Below are positions 25,881-37,085 of a DNA stretch of 64,000 nt, piece by piece. The position numbers were made by a program, and so were the translations under genes. Positions within the stretch are counted from its first letter, which is position 1. Each line of letters opens with the position of its first letter. The notes beneath the pieces are model-generated. The model was given only the letters and a program-made list of their open reading frames with translations. It had not been told where the DNA came from and did no database searches. Where the stretch lies: contig OZ024763.1 of NCBI GenBank assembly GCA_964016885.1, positions 18,600,001 to 18,664,000 on the forward strand. Direction: 5' to 3'. The DNA comes from Eledone cirrhosa (taxonomy: Eukaryota).

Positions 25881-26551
25881 TTAACCCTTTTGTTGCCACA
25901 ACTGGCTATTGTTCTACGAAATAAAACCACCCATTTTAAAGGTTTCTAATTCAAAGTAAAATCTTCCAACCTAATTTTATATTAGAACCTTACATTAACC
26001 CTTTAGCATTTAAACCGGTTACATCTGGCCAGAATTCTCTCACCTCTTCTGTTTAAACTGGCTGTAACTGGCTGCTCATATTTATGTTAAGGTATTGGTC
26101 TCAAAGTAAATAGCATCAAAATCTCATAGATTCAATATTATGTGAGGTAGTTTATTTGAGGTAAAGCCTTTATCATGAAAATATAATAGTATATATAAAA
26201 TAATTGGTTCTACTTTTTGGCACAAGACCAGCAATTACCCAGTACATTACTGGTACTTTATTTTATCGACCCCATAAGGACGAAAGGCAAAGTTAACCTC
26301 GGCGGGATTTGAACTCAGACCATAAAGGGCCGTAACTCTATGCTGCAAAGCATGGCGTCCGACCCTCTACTGATACCGCTAATCTACACATATATATATA
26401 GAGTATATATAGAGTAATGTAAATAGTAAAGGTTTAGTTACTATCTTACTAATGAAATAATTAATAATTTTAGAAAATCCCTCAAAATTCTTAATAAATT
26501 AATTCATTATAATAGAATGTATATAATTAGAAATGTAGTCATGAAAGGGTT
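25881..26551 (+). mobile_element. Nested piggyBac-like MITEs (outer 25881-26551, inner about 25996-26437) with a SINE A (about 26205-26388, minus strand) inside
   Basis: TTAA|ccctttt...aaaggg|ttag outer ends and TTAA|ccctttagcattt...aaatagtaaagg|ttta inner ends. The CCC..GGG termini with TTAA fit piggyBac. Related ends are at 13051-13069 and 56580-56598. Confidence 0.7.
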
Positions 26552-26619
26552 AGAGAAGAAGATTAGATACACAATAGCATGTGTGAGAGGCATTAAAATA
26601 GCCATTCCTGCTCAATGTA

Positions 26620-27238
26620 GGGGGCCTTAGTACAGATGCAGTGTCTTGCTACAGATGTAGGGTCTTGCTAAAGATGTAGGGTCTTGCTACAGATGTAGGG
26701 TCTTGCTAAAGATGTAGGATCTTGCTAAAGATGAAAGGTCTTGCTACAGATGTAGGGTCTTGCTACAGATGTAGGGTCTTGCTACAGATGTAGGGTCTTA
26801 CTGCACATGTTGGTCTTACTACAAATTTGCTACAGATGTAGGGTCTTGCTACATATGTAGGGTCTTACTGCACATGTTGGTCTTACTACAAATTTGCTAC
26901 AGATGTAGGGTACTACAGATGTAGGGTACTACAGATATAGGGTCTTGCTACAGATATAGGGTCTTGCTACAGATATAGGGTCTTACTACAGATGTAGGGT
27001 TTTACTACATATGTAGGGTCTTGCTACAGATGTAGGGTACTACAGATGTAGGGTCTTGCTTCAGATGTAGGGTCTTACTACATATGTAGGGGGCCTTACT
27101 ACAGATGTAGGGTACTACAGATGTAGGGTCTTGCTACAGATGTAAGGTCTTGCTTCAGATGTAAGGTCTTGCTTCAGATGTAGGGTCTTGCTTCAGATGT
27201 AGGGTCTTGCTACAGATGTGTCTTGCTACAGATGTAGC
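26620..27238. repeat. 20-bp minisatellite (tcttgctacagatgtagggt-like)
   Basis: About 30 variably degenerate units. Confidence 0.9.
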
Positions 27239-27399
27239 ATAGTGATGCATGGATCGTAGACTAGGGACCTCTGGTATTAGTCATTCTCCCTAATTCAATA
27301 ACCCCTCCCCTGGCTGTGTTCTGGCAGACTTGTTGTATGTAACTTACCTCCAGATGATAATAGTCATCCTTGTGTATAGACTTCACATTATATATACAT

Positions 27400-27477
27400 A
27401 TACATACAGGGAGAAATATATATACATACACATACATACAGGGAGAAATATATATACATACACATACATACAGGGAG

Positions 27478-27538
<61 letters not shown>

Positions 27539-27805
27539 CATACGTACAGGGGGAAATTTATACATACACATACATACAGGGAGAAATATATATATATACA
27601 CATACATACAGGGAGAAATATATATATATATATATATATACATACACATACATACATACAGGGGCAAATATATACATACATACAGGGAGAAATATATATA
27701 TATATATATATACATACATACGTACAGGAGGAAATATATACATACATACATACATACAGGGAGAAATATATATATATATACATACACATACATACATACA
27801 GGGAG

Positions 27806-27858
<53 letters not shown>

Positions 27859-28115
27859 CATATGTACAAGGGGAAATATATACATACACATACATACAGG
27901 GAGAAATATATATATATATATATATATATACATACATACATACGTACAGGGGGAAATATATACATACACATACATACGTACAGGGGGAAATATATACATA
28001 CACATACATACGTACAGGGGGAAATATATATATATAAATATATATACATACATGCAGGGAGAAAAACATATATACACATACATATATACACATATACACA
28101 CAGGGAGAAACACAC
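27400..28115. repeat. Compound minisatellite catacagggagaaa(ta)n
   Basis: A fixed core repeated about 16 times with variable (TA)n spacers. Confidence 0.88.
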
Positions 28116-28427
28116 ACACACACATAGAGAGAAAGACACATGCACACACACATACATACAATCCCACACATAGACATACATGCAAACACACACTCCCACA
28201 CATCTACACACACACTCCCACACATCTACACACACACAAACACACATCCACACACACACACACACACTCCCCCCCTAGTAATATGTTGGGTGGGTCTACA
28301 ATTAAGTGCTGTCAAACTCTCCAACATCATATATAATAGAAAACTGAGGGGTGGGGCCGACGGTGGGTGGGGTTTTGAAGGGTTGGGGTGTGTGTGAGGG
28401 GGTGGGGTAGGGAAGGACAGTGTATTA

Positions 28428-29430
28428 AAGGTGGTGGCGGTGGAGGGATGGATAGTGGAGGTGGTGGTTGTGATTGTGGTGTGAAGGTGGTGGTGGTGAT
28501 AGTGGTGGTGGTGGTGATAGTGGTGGTGGTGGTGGTGTTGTGATGGTGGAGGTGGTGATAGTGGTGGTGGTGGTAGTGGTGTGGTGGTGGTGTTGATAGT
28601 GGTGTGGTGGTGGTGGTGATAGTGGTGTGGTGGTGGTGGTGATAGTGGTGTGGTGGTGGTGTTGATAGTGGTGTGGTGGTGGTGGTGATAGTGGTGTGGT
28701 GGTGGTGTTGGTGATAGTGGTGTTGGTGATAGTGGTGTGGTGATAGTGGTGTGGTGGTGGTGTTGGTGATGGTGGTGATAGTGGTGTGGTGGTCGTGGTG
28801 GTGCTGGTGATAGTGGTGTGGTGGTGTGAAGGTGGTGGTGGTGATAGTGGTGTGGTGGTGTGAAGGTGGTGGTGGTGATAGTGGTGTGGTGGTGTGAAGG
28901 TGGTGGTGGTGTGAAGGGGGTTGTGGTGATAGTGTAGAGGTGGTGGTGGTGGGGAAAGACACTGAAGGAGGTAAAGAGAACAATGTGGTGGTGGTGGTGG
29001 AGGGATTGACAGTGGAGGTGAGGGTGGAGGTGGATGATAGAACTGAAATTTGTTCATGTCATTGAATGATGTGGTAGAGAGGGAGGGGGTGGGGTAGAAG
29101 GAGACAGAGGTGGTGGCAAGTATTGTTGGTTTGATGGTGGTGGTGGTGGTGGTGGTGGTGGTGTTGATAGAGGGAGGCGTGGGGAGAGGTTACCCTCTTT
29201 CAATCTTTGCAGCTGGCAACATGGGTGGTGGTGGTGGTGGTGGCAGTAGTAGTAGGAGTGGTGGTGATGGCAGTAGTGGTGGTGGTGGTGGTGGTGGCAG
29301 TAGTAGTAGGAGTGGTGGTGATGGCAGTAGTGGTGGTGGTGGTGGTGATGGCAGTAGTAGTGGTGGTGGTAGTAGTAGTAATAGTAGGGGTGGTGGTGAT
29401 GGCAGTAGTGGTGGTGGTGGTGGTGATAGC

Positions 29431-29465
<35 letters not shown>

Positions 29466-29508
29466 GGGTGGTGGTGATGGCAGTAGTGGTGGTGGTGGTG
29501 GTGATGGC

Positions 29509-29543
<35 letters not shown>

Positions 29544-29870
29544 GGGTGGTGGTGATGACAGTAGTAGTGGTAGTGGTGGTGGTAGTAGTAGTAGTGGTAG
29601 TGGTGGTGGTGATGGTAGTGGCAGTAGTAGTGGTGGTGATGGCAGTAGTAGTAGTGGTGGTGGTAGTGGCAGTAGTAGTAGTAGTAGTGGTGGTGGTGCT
29701 AGTGGTGGTAGTGGCAGTAGTGGTGGTGGTGATAGTAGTAGTAATAGTAGTAGTGGTGGTGGTGGTGGCAATGATAGTGATTGTGATTGTGATTGTGGTG
29801 GGAGTGGTGATGACAGTGGAGGTGAGGTGCCGGTAGTGGTGGTGGTGGTGATGATGATGGTAGTGATTAA
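28428..29870. repeat. (GGT/GAT/AGT)n low-complexity tracts
   Basis: Direct reading. Poly-G/S/T/P ORFs occur in all frames. Confidence 0.9.
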
Positions 29871-30219
29871 GTGGGTAGGAGAGGGACACACACAACACAC
29901 ACGCACACACACACAACACACACACACACGCACACACACACACATACACACACAGTTGTGCTGAAGTATTGAAGCTAGCAGAAAACACATGGGCTTGTTA
30001 TTGTTGTTATTATAGTTGTTGCTGCTGCTGCTGCTGCTGCTGCTGTTGTTGTTGTTGTTAGGGTGTGTTTATTAAAGTCTCTTTAAGGTTTTGAATTTCA
30101 ATCCTGTGTCAGTCAATTATTACCTTTTAGTTCTCCCACCAGGACCCTATAAAATAAAATAAAGTACCGGTGATATACTAAGGACAAATACAAAGTGACT
30201 ATTTTCTTCCTCTAAATCT

Positions 30220-30760
30220 GTGATTCCTAACATGCAGGGCTTGATTTAGACCTGGGGGGCAGGCCACTTCAACTTTGGTGGCGGTGGTGGTGGAGGCACT
30301 TCAGGTTGGGGGGGGGGGGGGGGGGGCTTGAGGTTTGGGGGGCCCCCTTATACACAAAAAATTAGAATACACCACAACCCCCTCCCTCCCCAATTTTACA
30401 TATCAAAGTGATTCCTAATGTGCAGGGTTTGATTTAAACCTGGGCGGGGTGGGGTGGGGCAGGGGCAGGGGTAGGGCTCAGGGCATTCCTCATAAACAAA
30501 CAATTAGAATACACAGCAACCCCCCCCCACACTTTACATATCAAAGTTAACTTGGTGCGAGTAATTGGAATAGAAAAGTTAGACATACAAATATTAAATT
30601 AAAAAATTATACGCATCCAAAAACTAAAAAGCCCAGCTGAGGGCAGGAATAAATTACTAAGACTCGTTGTTGTTGGTGAGGCCCCTCTCACAACAGAGCC
30701 CCCCCCCCCCCCCCACCTCCGGGGCAATTGTCCCCTTTGCCTTCCCATTACATCATAGGT
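30220..30760 (+). mobile_element. Degenerate hAT-like MITE with an about 190-bp internal duplication
   Basis: gtgattcctaa..gcagggYttgattta.acctggg..aattagaatacac..tttacatatcaaagt occurs twice, with a ggggcaattgtcccc end motif. Confidence 0.4.
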
Positions 30761-31498
30761 GGATGGGCGTGTGGGAGCTGCTGCCTACATTGGGTTAATT
30801 TGTTTTTAGCCCTATCTCCTACCTTCCTATACAGTCAGATCTGCCCTTCTTTACCCCTTCCATCCCTCTGTTCGTTGCAATATTTGTAATGTTATTTATA
30901 CAACTGATAATTGATTTTATTGTCTGTAATTGTATTTTATAACATGGAGTGAAAATGTAATTATTCATTTGAAAATGATGTTAATGAGAAGAAACTTTGG
31001 TGTGGTTGTTGTTGTTGTTGCAAGACTTTGGTGTGGTTGTTGTTGTTGTTGTTGCAGACTTTGGTGTGGCTGTTGTTGTTGTTGTTGTTGTCTTTCTTAC
31101 TGATATAACAACAGAAGTGGTGGTCGTCACCTTGTTACAGGGTTTCCCAAACATTTTTTCAAACGCGGAACCCTTTTTGGTTCAAAAACTTTTGGTAGAA
31201 CCCCAAAGTCTTATAATTGTTTCCACTTTAGGCACAAGGCCAGCAATTACCAAGTGCATTACTGGTACTTTATTTTATCGACCCTGTAAGGATGAAAGGC
31301 AAAGTTAACCTTGGTCTAATACTGTTATATGGTTGTAATATAAATATACTCCTACCTTTTTCCATAGGGGTGCCTGGGCTTCCATGAAAAAAAGGTAGAG
31401 GAGTATATTTATATTACAACCATATAATAGTATTAGACCGAGGTTAACTTTGCCTTTTGTGGGACCCACTTTAGGGACCGCAGCTTGTTTTATTATTT

Positions 31499-31690
31499 AC
31501 GGTGGATTGGCAGTATCGATAGAGAGTCGGACACCATGCTTTGAAGCATAGAGTTAGGTCCCTTTATGATCTGAGTTCAAATCCCGCCGAGGTTAACTTT
31601 GCCTTTCATCCTTACGGGGTCGATAAAATAATGAACCAGTAATACACTGGGTAATTGCTGGCCTTGTGCCAAAAGTAGAAACAATTATTT
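31499..31690 (+). mobile_element. SINE family A
   Basis: Consensus match. Confidence 0.8.
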
Positions 31691-33090
31691 ACATTTTTAA
31701 ATTACTATTCCAGATTTTTAAAAATTACTATACCTCCCTCCCTCCTCTCCTTTCTTAAATTACTTTTTACATCAGCAACTTTGGTACACATTACTGTCGG
31801 AAACTCCTGTCTCACCTCCCCCACTTCCACCACATGCTATTGTGCATCTGGCATCTGGCAACACCTATACACCAATTTGTTTACACTTTGTTGTTGATCT
31901 CTGCTGTTTTCTATCAAAGGAGGCAGTGGTGGTGTTGGTGGTGGTGGTGTTTGTGGTAGTGGGGGTTGTGGTGAGGGTGTTGGTGGTGGTGAGGGTGGTG
32001 GTGAGGGGCGTAAGAGTTTGTGAGATGATGAGGTAGGGCATGATGCACAATAAGCTGTGAACCACTGGTCTAATTTGTGGCTATATAAGAAATCTTTATT
32101 TGCAGTGGATAAAATTAATTGCCCATTAAAATAAAATTAATTACCCATTAAAATGAAATAAAATCTCAATTATAATAAAATAAATAACAATTAAAATAAA
32201 ATAATATATATCTCATCATCATCATGATCGATTAATGTCTATCTTCTATGCTAGCATGGGTTAGACAGGTCCCGTTTAGAGGCAAGTTGGGTCGGGTGAC
32301 CGTGTCACCCTCATATAAAGGGTGTTTCTGGTTGGTTTGCTATGGATGGATGCCCTTCCTGATGCCAACCACACTGACAATTTGTGCTGGGTGCTTATAT
32401 ATATATACATACATACATATAAATACATTTACATATATATATATATATATATATGATGCCTGCAAACTCATGTTCGAGCATTGCCATCGTTTAATAAAAT
32501 GCACAAAAATGTGAGGCAGAAATGTGGCTCTTTAAACCAGCCAAACAAGACACAGTCAGAACCAAGCTTGCAAGGGTGGGACAGGTCCTATTCAGCATCT
32601 CTCCATTCGTCATGGTCCTTCGTCATATATATTTATATTAATAAAAGATCGGAGGCCATATTCCGTTGATTCTAGTTTATTTAAAAAACTCTGTTATACA
32701 TATTTCACTGAACACTATCATATATATATATATATCATTTCATCATCATTTCATTTTATGTCCACTTTTCCCTGCTTGCAAGGGTGGGAAGGGAACTGAT
32801 TCTGGCTTGATTTCTACAGCTGGATGCCCTTCCTAACACCAACCTCATAACGATGGCAATGCTCAAACATGAGTTTGCAGGCATCATATATAAATATATA
32901 TATATATATATGTAGGAGGTGAGTTTTATTGTAGTACAATAAAGCAATGCAGATATCGGATAAGAAGCACTCTACAGTTTGTAGGACTGGAGTATACATA
33001 ATATATAAGATCAAAAGATGGTTAAATGAGTTCCATGTATTTAAAACTGCACTATCCACAAGTGTTTTTAACCTTCATATCATGTCCTCC

Positions 33091-33161
33091 TATTTTATCT
33101 GATGAAAACACAAATGTTATTGCATGATGATATTTGTTTTTGAAATGTGCATAATAAAATA
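33091..33161 (+). ncRNA. Type I hammerhead ribozyme motif, family H1
   Basis: Stem I tattttat/ataaaata; CUGAUGA at 33099; long stem II aaacacaaatgttatt-gcat-gatgatatttgttttt; GAAA at 33142; minimal stem III U-gugc-A; UA cleavage site. Confidence 0.75.
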
Positions 33162-33191
33162 CATGGAACTCATTTAAACATCTTTTGATCT

Positions 33192-33229
<38 letters not shown>

Positions 33230-33270
33230 ATGATATTAATAAATGGAAACTATATTTATAAAACCATATT

Positions 33271-33330
33271 TATTCTATTATATATATTTTAAGGGCACCA
33301 AAACTTTGGTACACTCTCATCAGGTAAAAC
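33271..33330 (-). ncRNA. Hammerhead H2, degenerate (GAAA to AAAA)
   Basis: The reverse complement reads ttttac CUGAUGA gagtgtaccaaagttttggtgccctt AAAA t atat a UA atagaata. Confidence 0.55.
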
Positions 33331-33386
33331 TTGAACCGTTAAAGGTCTCATTCCTGGATATGTCAATATTTATAAAACAAACTTTG

Positions 33387-33447
33387 TATTTTATCTGATG
33401 AAAGCGTACCAAAGTTTTGGTGCCCTTGAAATATATATAACAGAATA
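33387..33447 (+). ncRNA. Type I hammerhead ribozyme motif, family H2
   Basis: tattttat CUGAUGA aagcgtacca-aagttt-tggtgccctt GAAA t-atat-a UA acagaata, with palindromic loop 3. Confidence 0.72.
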
Positions 33448-33590
33448 AATATGGTTTTATAAATATACTTTCCATTTATTAATATCATTGATATTGTACT
33501 TCAGAAAACTTGTCGAGTGCTTCGAATCTGTTATAAATATATATATTTGTTGAATTACCAACAAATTAAATATCCCTTTGCTTATATATA

Positions 33591-33783
33591 TTGACATTGC
33601 ACTCAGTGCTCCTATGGGAGCCCCTACATGGACACACTAGAAGAGGAAGACCAAGGTTAACGTATGTTGATGCGCTAAGGACAGACACTGGTCTGTTGGA
33701 GACGCAGGACATGGCAGCGATAATGAGGGACAGAGACCGCTGGAGAGAACTCGTCCATGGATCTCGGGAATTTTACCCGCCTT

Positions 33784-33785
<2 letters not shown>
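33591..33785 (+). pseudogene. RTE family 3, 3' fragment
   Basis: TLHSVLLWEPLHGHTRRGRPRLTYVDALRTDTGL...DRDRWRELV, with the stop codon abutting (TA)n. Confidence 0.82.
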
Positions 33786-33837
<52 letters not shown>

Positions 33838-33839
<2 letters not shown>

Positions 33840-34162
33840 TCATTTCATCATCATTTCATTTTACGCCCGCTTTTCCCTGCTTGCAAGGGTGGGACGGGAA
33901 CTGATTCTGGCTTGATTTCTCCAGCTGGATGCCCTTCCTAACACCAACCTCATTTACAGTGAGTGCTGGGTGCTTTTTTGCCGTGGCACCTCCACGACCA
34001 CTTTGCAGTGGAATGATAGGGACCCCAGTCCCTATCATCTCATTTCTACAGCTGAGTAAACTGGAGCAATCTGAAATAAAGTGTCTTGCTCAAGGAAACA
34101 ACACATCACCCGGTCTGAGAATTGAACTCACAACCTTTCGATTGCAAGGTTGTGAGTTCAAT
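33838..34162 (-). mobile_element. SINE family B, 5'-truncated with a terminal fold-back
   Basis: Consensus match. The head ends in the 17-bp inverted repeat attgaactcacaacctt/aaggttgtgagttcaat. Confidence 0.85.
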
Positions 34163-35006
34163 ATATATAGTCCTATACGTGCGAGACACGGTCACCCGAC
34201 CAATCTTGCCTCAAGTGGGACAACTCCCGTCTAACCCATGCTAACATGGAAGATAGACGTTAAACGACGATGATGATGATATATATATATATATATGAAT
34301 ATATACACATACATACAAACATACACATATATATAGATACATACATACACACACACACACAAACATATACATACACGCACACACATACACATATGAATAC
34401 ACATATGCACACACACACACACATACATACAAACATACACATATATATAGATACATACATACACACACACACATACATATACATACACGCACACACATAC
34501 ACATATGCATACACATATGCACACACACACACCACACATACATACAAACATACACATATATATAGATACATACATACACACACACACATACATATACATA
34601 CACGCACACACATACACATATGCATACACATATGCACACACACACACACATACATACAAACATACACACATATATATAGATACATACATACACACACACA
34701 CATACATATACATACACGCACACACATACACATATGCATACACATATGCACACACACACACATACATACAAACATACACATACATATAGATACATACACA
34801 CATACACACACATACACGCACATCCATACACATATGCACACACACACACACACACACATTGTATTGTGATCTCAGCTCTTATTAAATATCCGAGATGTTA
34901 AGTAGTCAAGAAATGACAGCTTCACTGGAAACAACAGTTAGTTGAGATTTCCTGCCTTAATAGAGTGTCAAGATAATTGTACCTATATATAAGTATATAT
35001 ATCTGT

Positions 35007-35051
<45 letters not shown>

Positions 35052-35089
35052 ATATTAATAAATGGAAACTATATTTATAAAACCATATT

Positions 35090-35155
35090 TATTTTATTAT
35101 ACATATTTCAAGGGCAACCAAGGCAAATTATGGTGCACTTTCATCAGATAAAATA
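35090..35155 (-). ncRNA. Type I hammerhead ribozyme motif, family H2
   Basis: The reverse complement reads tattttat CUGAUGA aagtgcacca-taatttgcct-tggttgccctt GAAA t-atgt-a UA ataaaata, with a perfect 8-bp stem I. Confidence 0.75.
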
Positions 35156-35354
35156 CAGATTTGTTTTATAAATAAATAAATATTGACATACCCGGAAAAA
35201 AGACAACCTTAATGGTTGGAGCATTTCCATTTATTAATATATTGTGTATTTACTCCACTAACTAGTTGAGTGCTTTATATCAGTTATAAACATTTTTAAG
35301 CTTGTTGAATCCCAACAAATTAAATATAACCTCTACATATATATATATATATAT

Positions 35355-35745
35355 CATTTCATCACCATTTCATTTTACGTCCACTTTTCCCTGCTTGCAA
35401 GGGTGGGACGGGAACTGATTCTGGCTTGATTTCTACAGCTGGATGCCCTTCCTAACACCAACCTCATTTACAGTGAGTGCTGGGTGCTTTTTTGCCGTGG
35501 CACCTCCACGTCCACTTTACAGTGAGTGCTGGGTGCTTTTTTGCCGTGGCACCTCCACGACCACTTTGCAGTGGAATGATATGGACCCCAGTCCCTATCA
35601 TCTCATTTCTACAGCTGAGTAAACTGGAGCAATGTGAAATAAAGTGACTTGCTCAAGGAAACAACACATCACCCGGTCTGAAAATTGAACTCACTACCTT
35701 TCGATTGCAATGCCAATGCTCTAACCACTACGCCATGTGCCTCCA
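35355..35745 (-). mobile_element. SINE family B with two copies of the 49-bp unit
   Basis: Consensus match. Confidence 0.88.
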
Positions 35746-35999
35746 TATATATATATATATGTAGAGGTTATATGTCATCATCACCACCATTTAATGTCCA
35801 TTTTTCCACACTAGCATGTATACACCCGCACACACACACACACACACACTCAACGTATTGACATATGCACACATAATTACAGATTCACAAACATATACAC
35901 ACGCAATGACACGCAACACTTGCATGCAACACATACACAATGGCACACAGACATCAGAAACAACACATACACACAGATGATAAAATGCACTCAGTAGAA

Positions 36000-37085
36000 C
36001 GAGGACCATATGTCGGTAAGATGCCCCCCCCCCCCCAAGACATCTGGGCGGTCAGTAGCCCTGCCTGAGAGTGTGGGACCTTATTTTAGTGTGACGAACG
36101 CCCCTAAGGACATCTGTAAGTCAGCAGCCCTGGTTGAGAAGGCTGGACCATATGTTAGCAAGATGTAGAGACCTCCAGGACATCTGTAGGTTAGTATTCC
36201 TGCTTGAGAGCACTCAACCTTATTTTAGTGTGACGTAGGGCCTCAGGACATCTGTAGATCAGTAGCCCTGGTTGAGAGGGCTGGACCATATGTTAGCAAG
36301 ATGTAGAGACCTCCAGGACATCTGTAGGTTAGTATTCCTGCTTGAGAGCACTCAACCTTATTTTAGTGTGACGTAGGGCCTCAGGACATCTGTAGATCAG
36401 TAGCCCTGGTTGAGAGGGCTGGACCATATGTTAGCAAGATGTAGAGACCTCCAGGACATCTGTAGGTTAGTATTCCTGCTTGAGAGCACTCAACCTTATT
36501 TTAGTGTGACGTAGGGCCTCAGGACATCTGTAGATCAGTAGCTCTGGTTGAGAGGGCAGGACCATATGTTAGCAAGATGTAGAGACCTCCAGGACATCTG
36601 TAGGTTAGTATTCCTGCTTGAGAGCACTCAACCTTATTTTAGTGTGACGTAGGGCCTCAGGACATCTGTAGATCAGTAGCCCTGGTTGAGAGGGCTGGAC
36701 CATATGTTAGCAAGATGTAGAGACCTCCAGGACATCTGTAGGTTAGTATTCCTGCTTGAGAGCACTCAACCTTATTTTAGTGTGACGTAGGGCCTCAGGA
36801 CATCTGTAGATCAGTAGCCCTGGTTGAGAGGGCAGGACCATATGTTAGCAAGATGTAGAGACCTCCAGGACATCTGTAGGTTAGTATTCCTGCTTGAGAG
36901 CACTCAACCTTATTTTAGTGTGATGTAGGACCTCAGGACATCTGTAGATCAGTAGCCCTGGTTGAGAGGGCTGGACCATATGTTAGCAAGATGTAGGACC
37001 CCCCCCCCATCTGTAGGTTAGTATCCCTGATTGAGAGCACTGGACCTTATTTTGGCAAGATGTAGGCCCTCAGGATATCTGTAGG
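36000..37085. repeat. 138-bp dimeric (68+70) edge variant of the 66-bp satellite
   Basis: catctgtaggttagtattcc recurs at 36181, 36319 and 36457. Both halves are homologous to the 66-mer. Confidence 0.88.

Noticed and set aside
26620-27238. Homology of the 20-bp minisatellite to the 66/138-bp satellite
   Set aside because: Only short shared words (catctgtag, tagcaaga), compatible with chance.
27340-27370. Minus-strand 21-nt microexon (DDYYHLE) with donor GAG|GTAAGT
   Set aside because: The donor is good but the acceptor has no polypyrimidine tract. It is unsupported without RNA data.
29110-29990. Gly/Ser-rich 284-aa ORF
   Set aside because: (GGT/AGT)n simple sequence, open in multiple frames on both strands.
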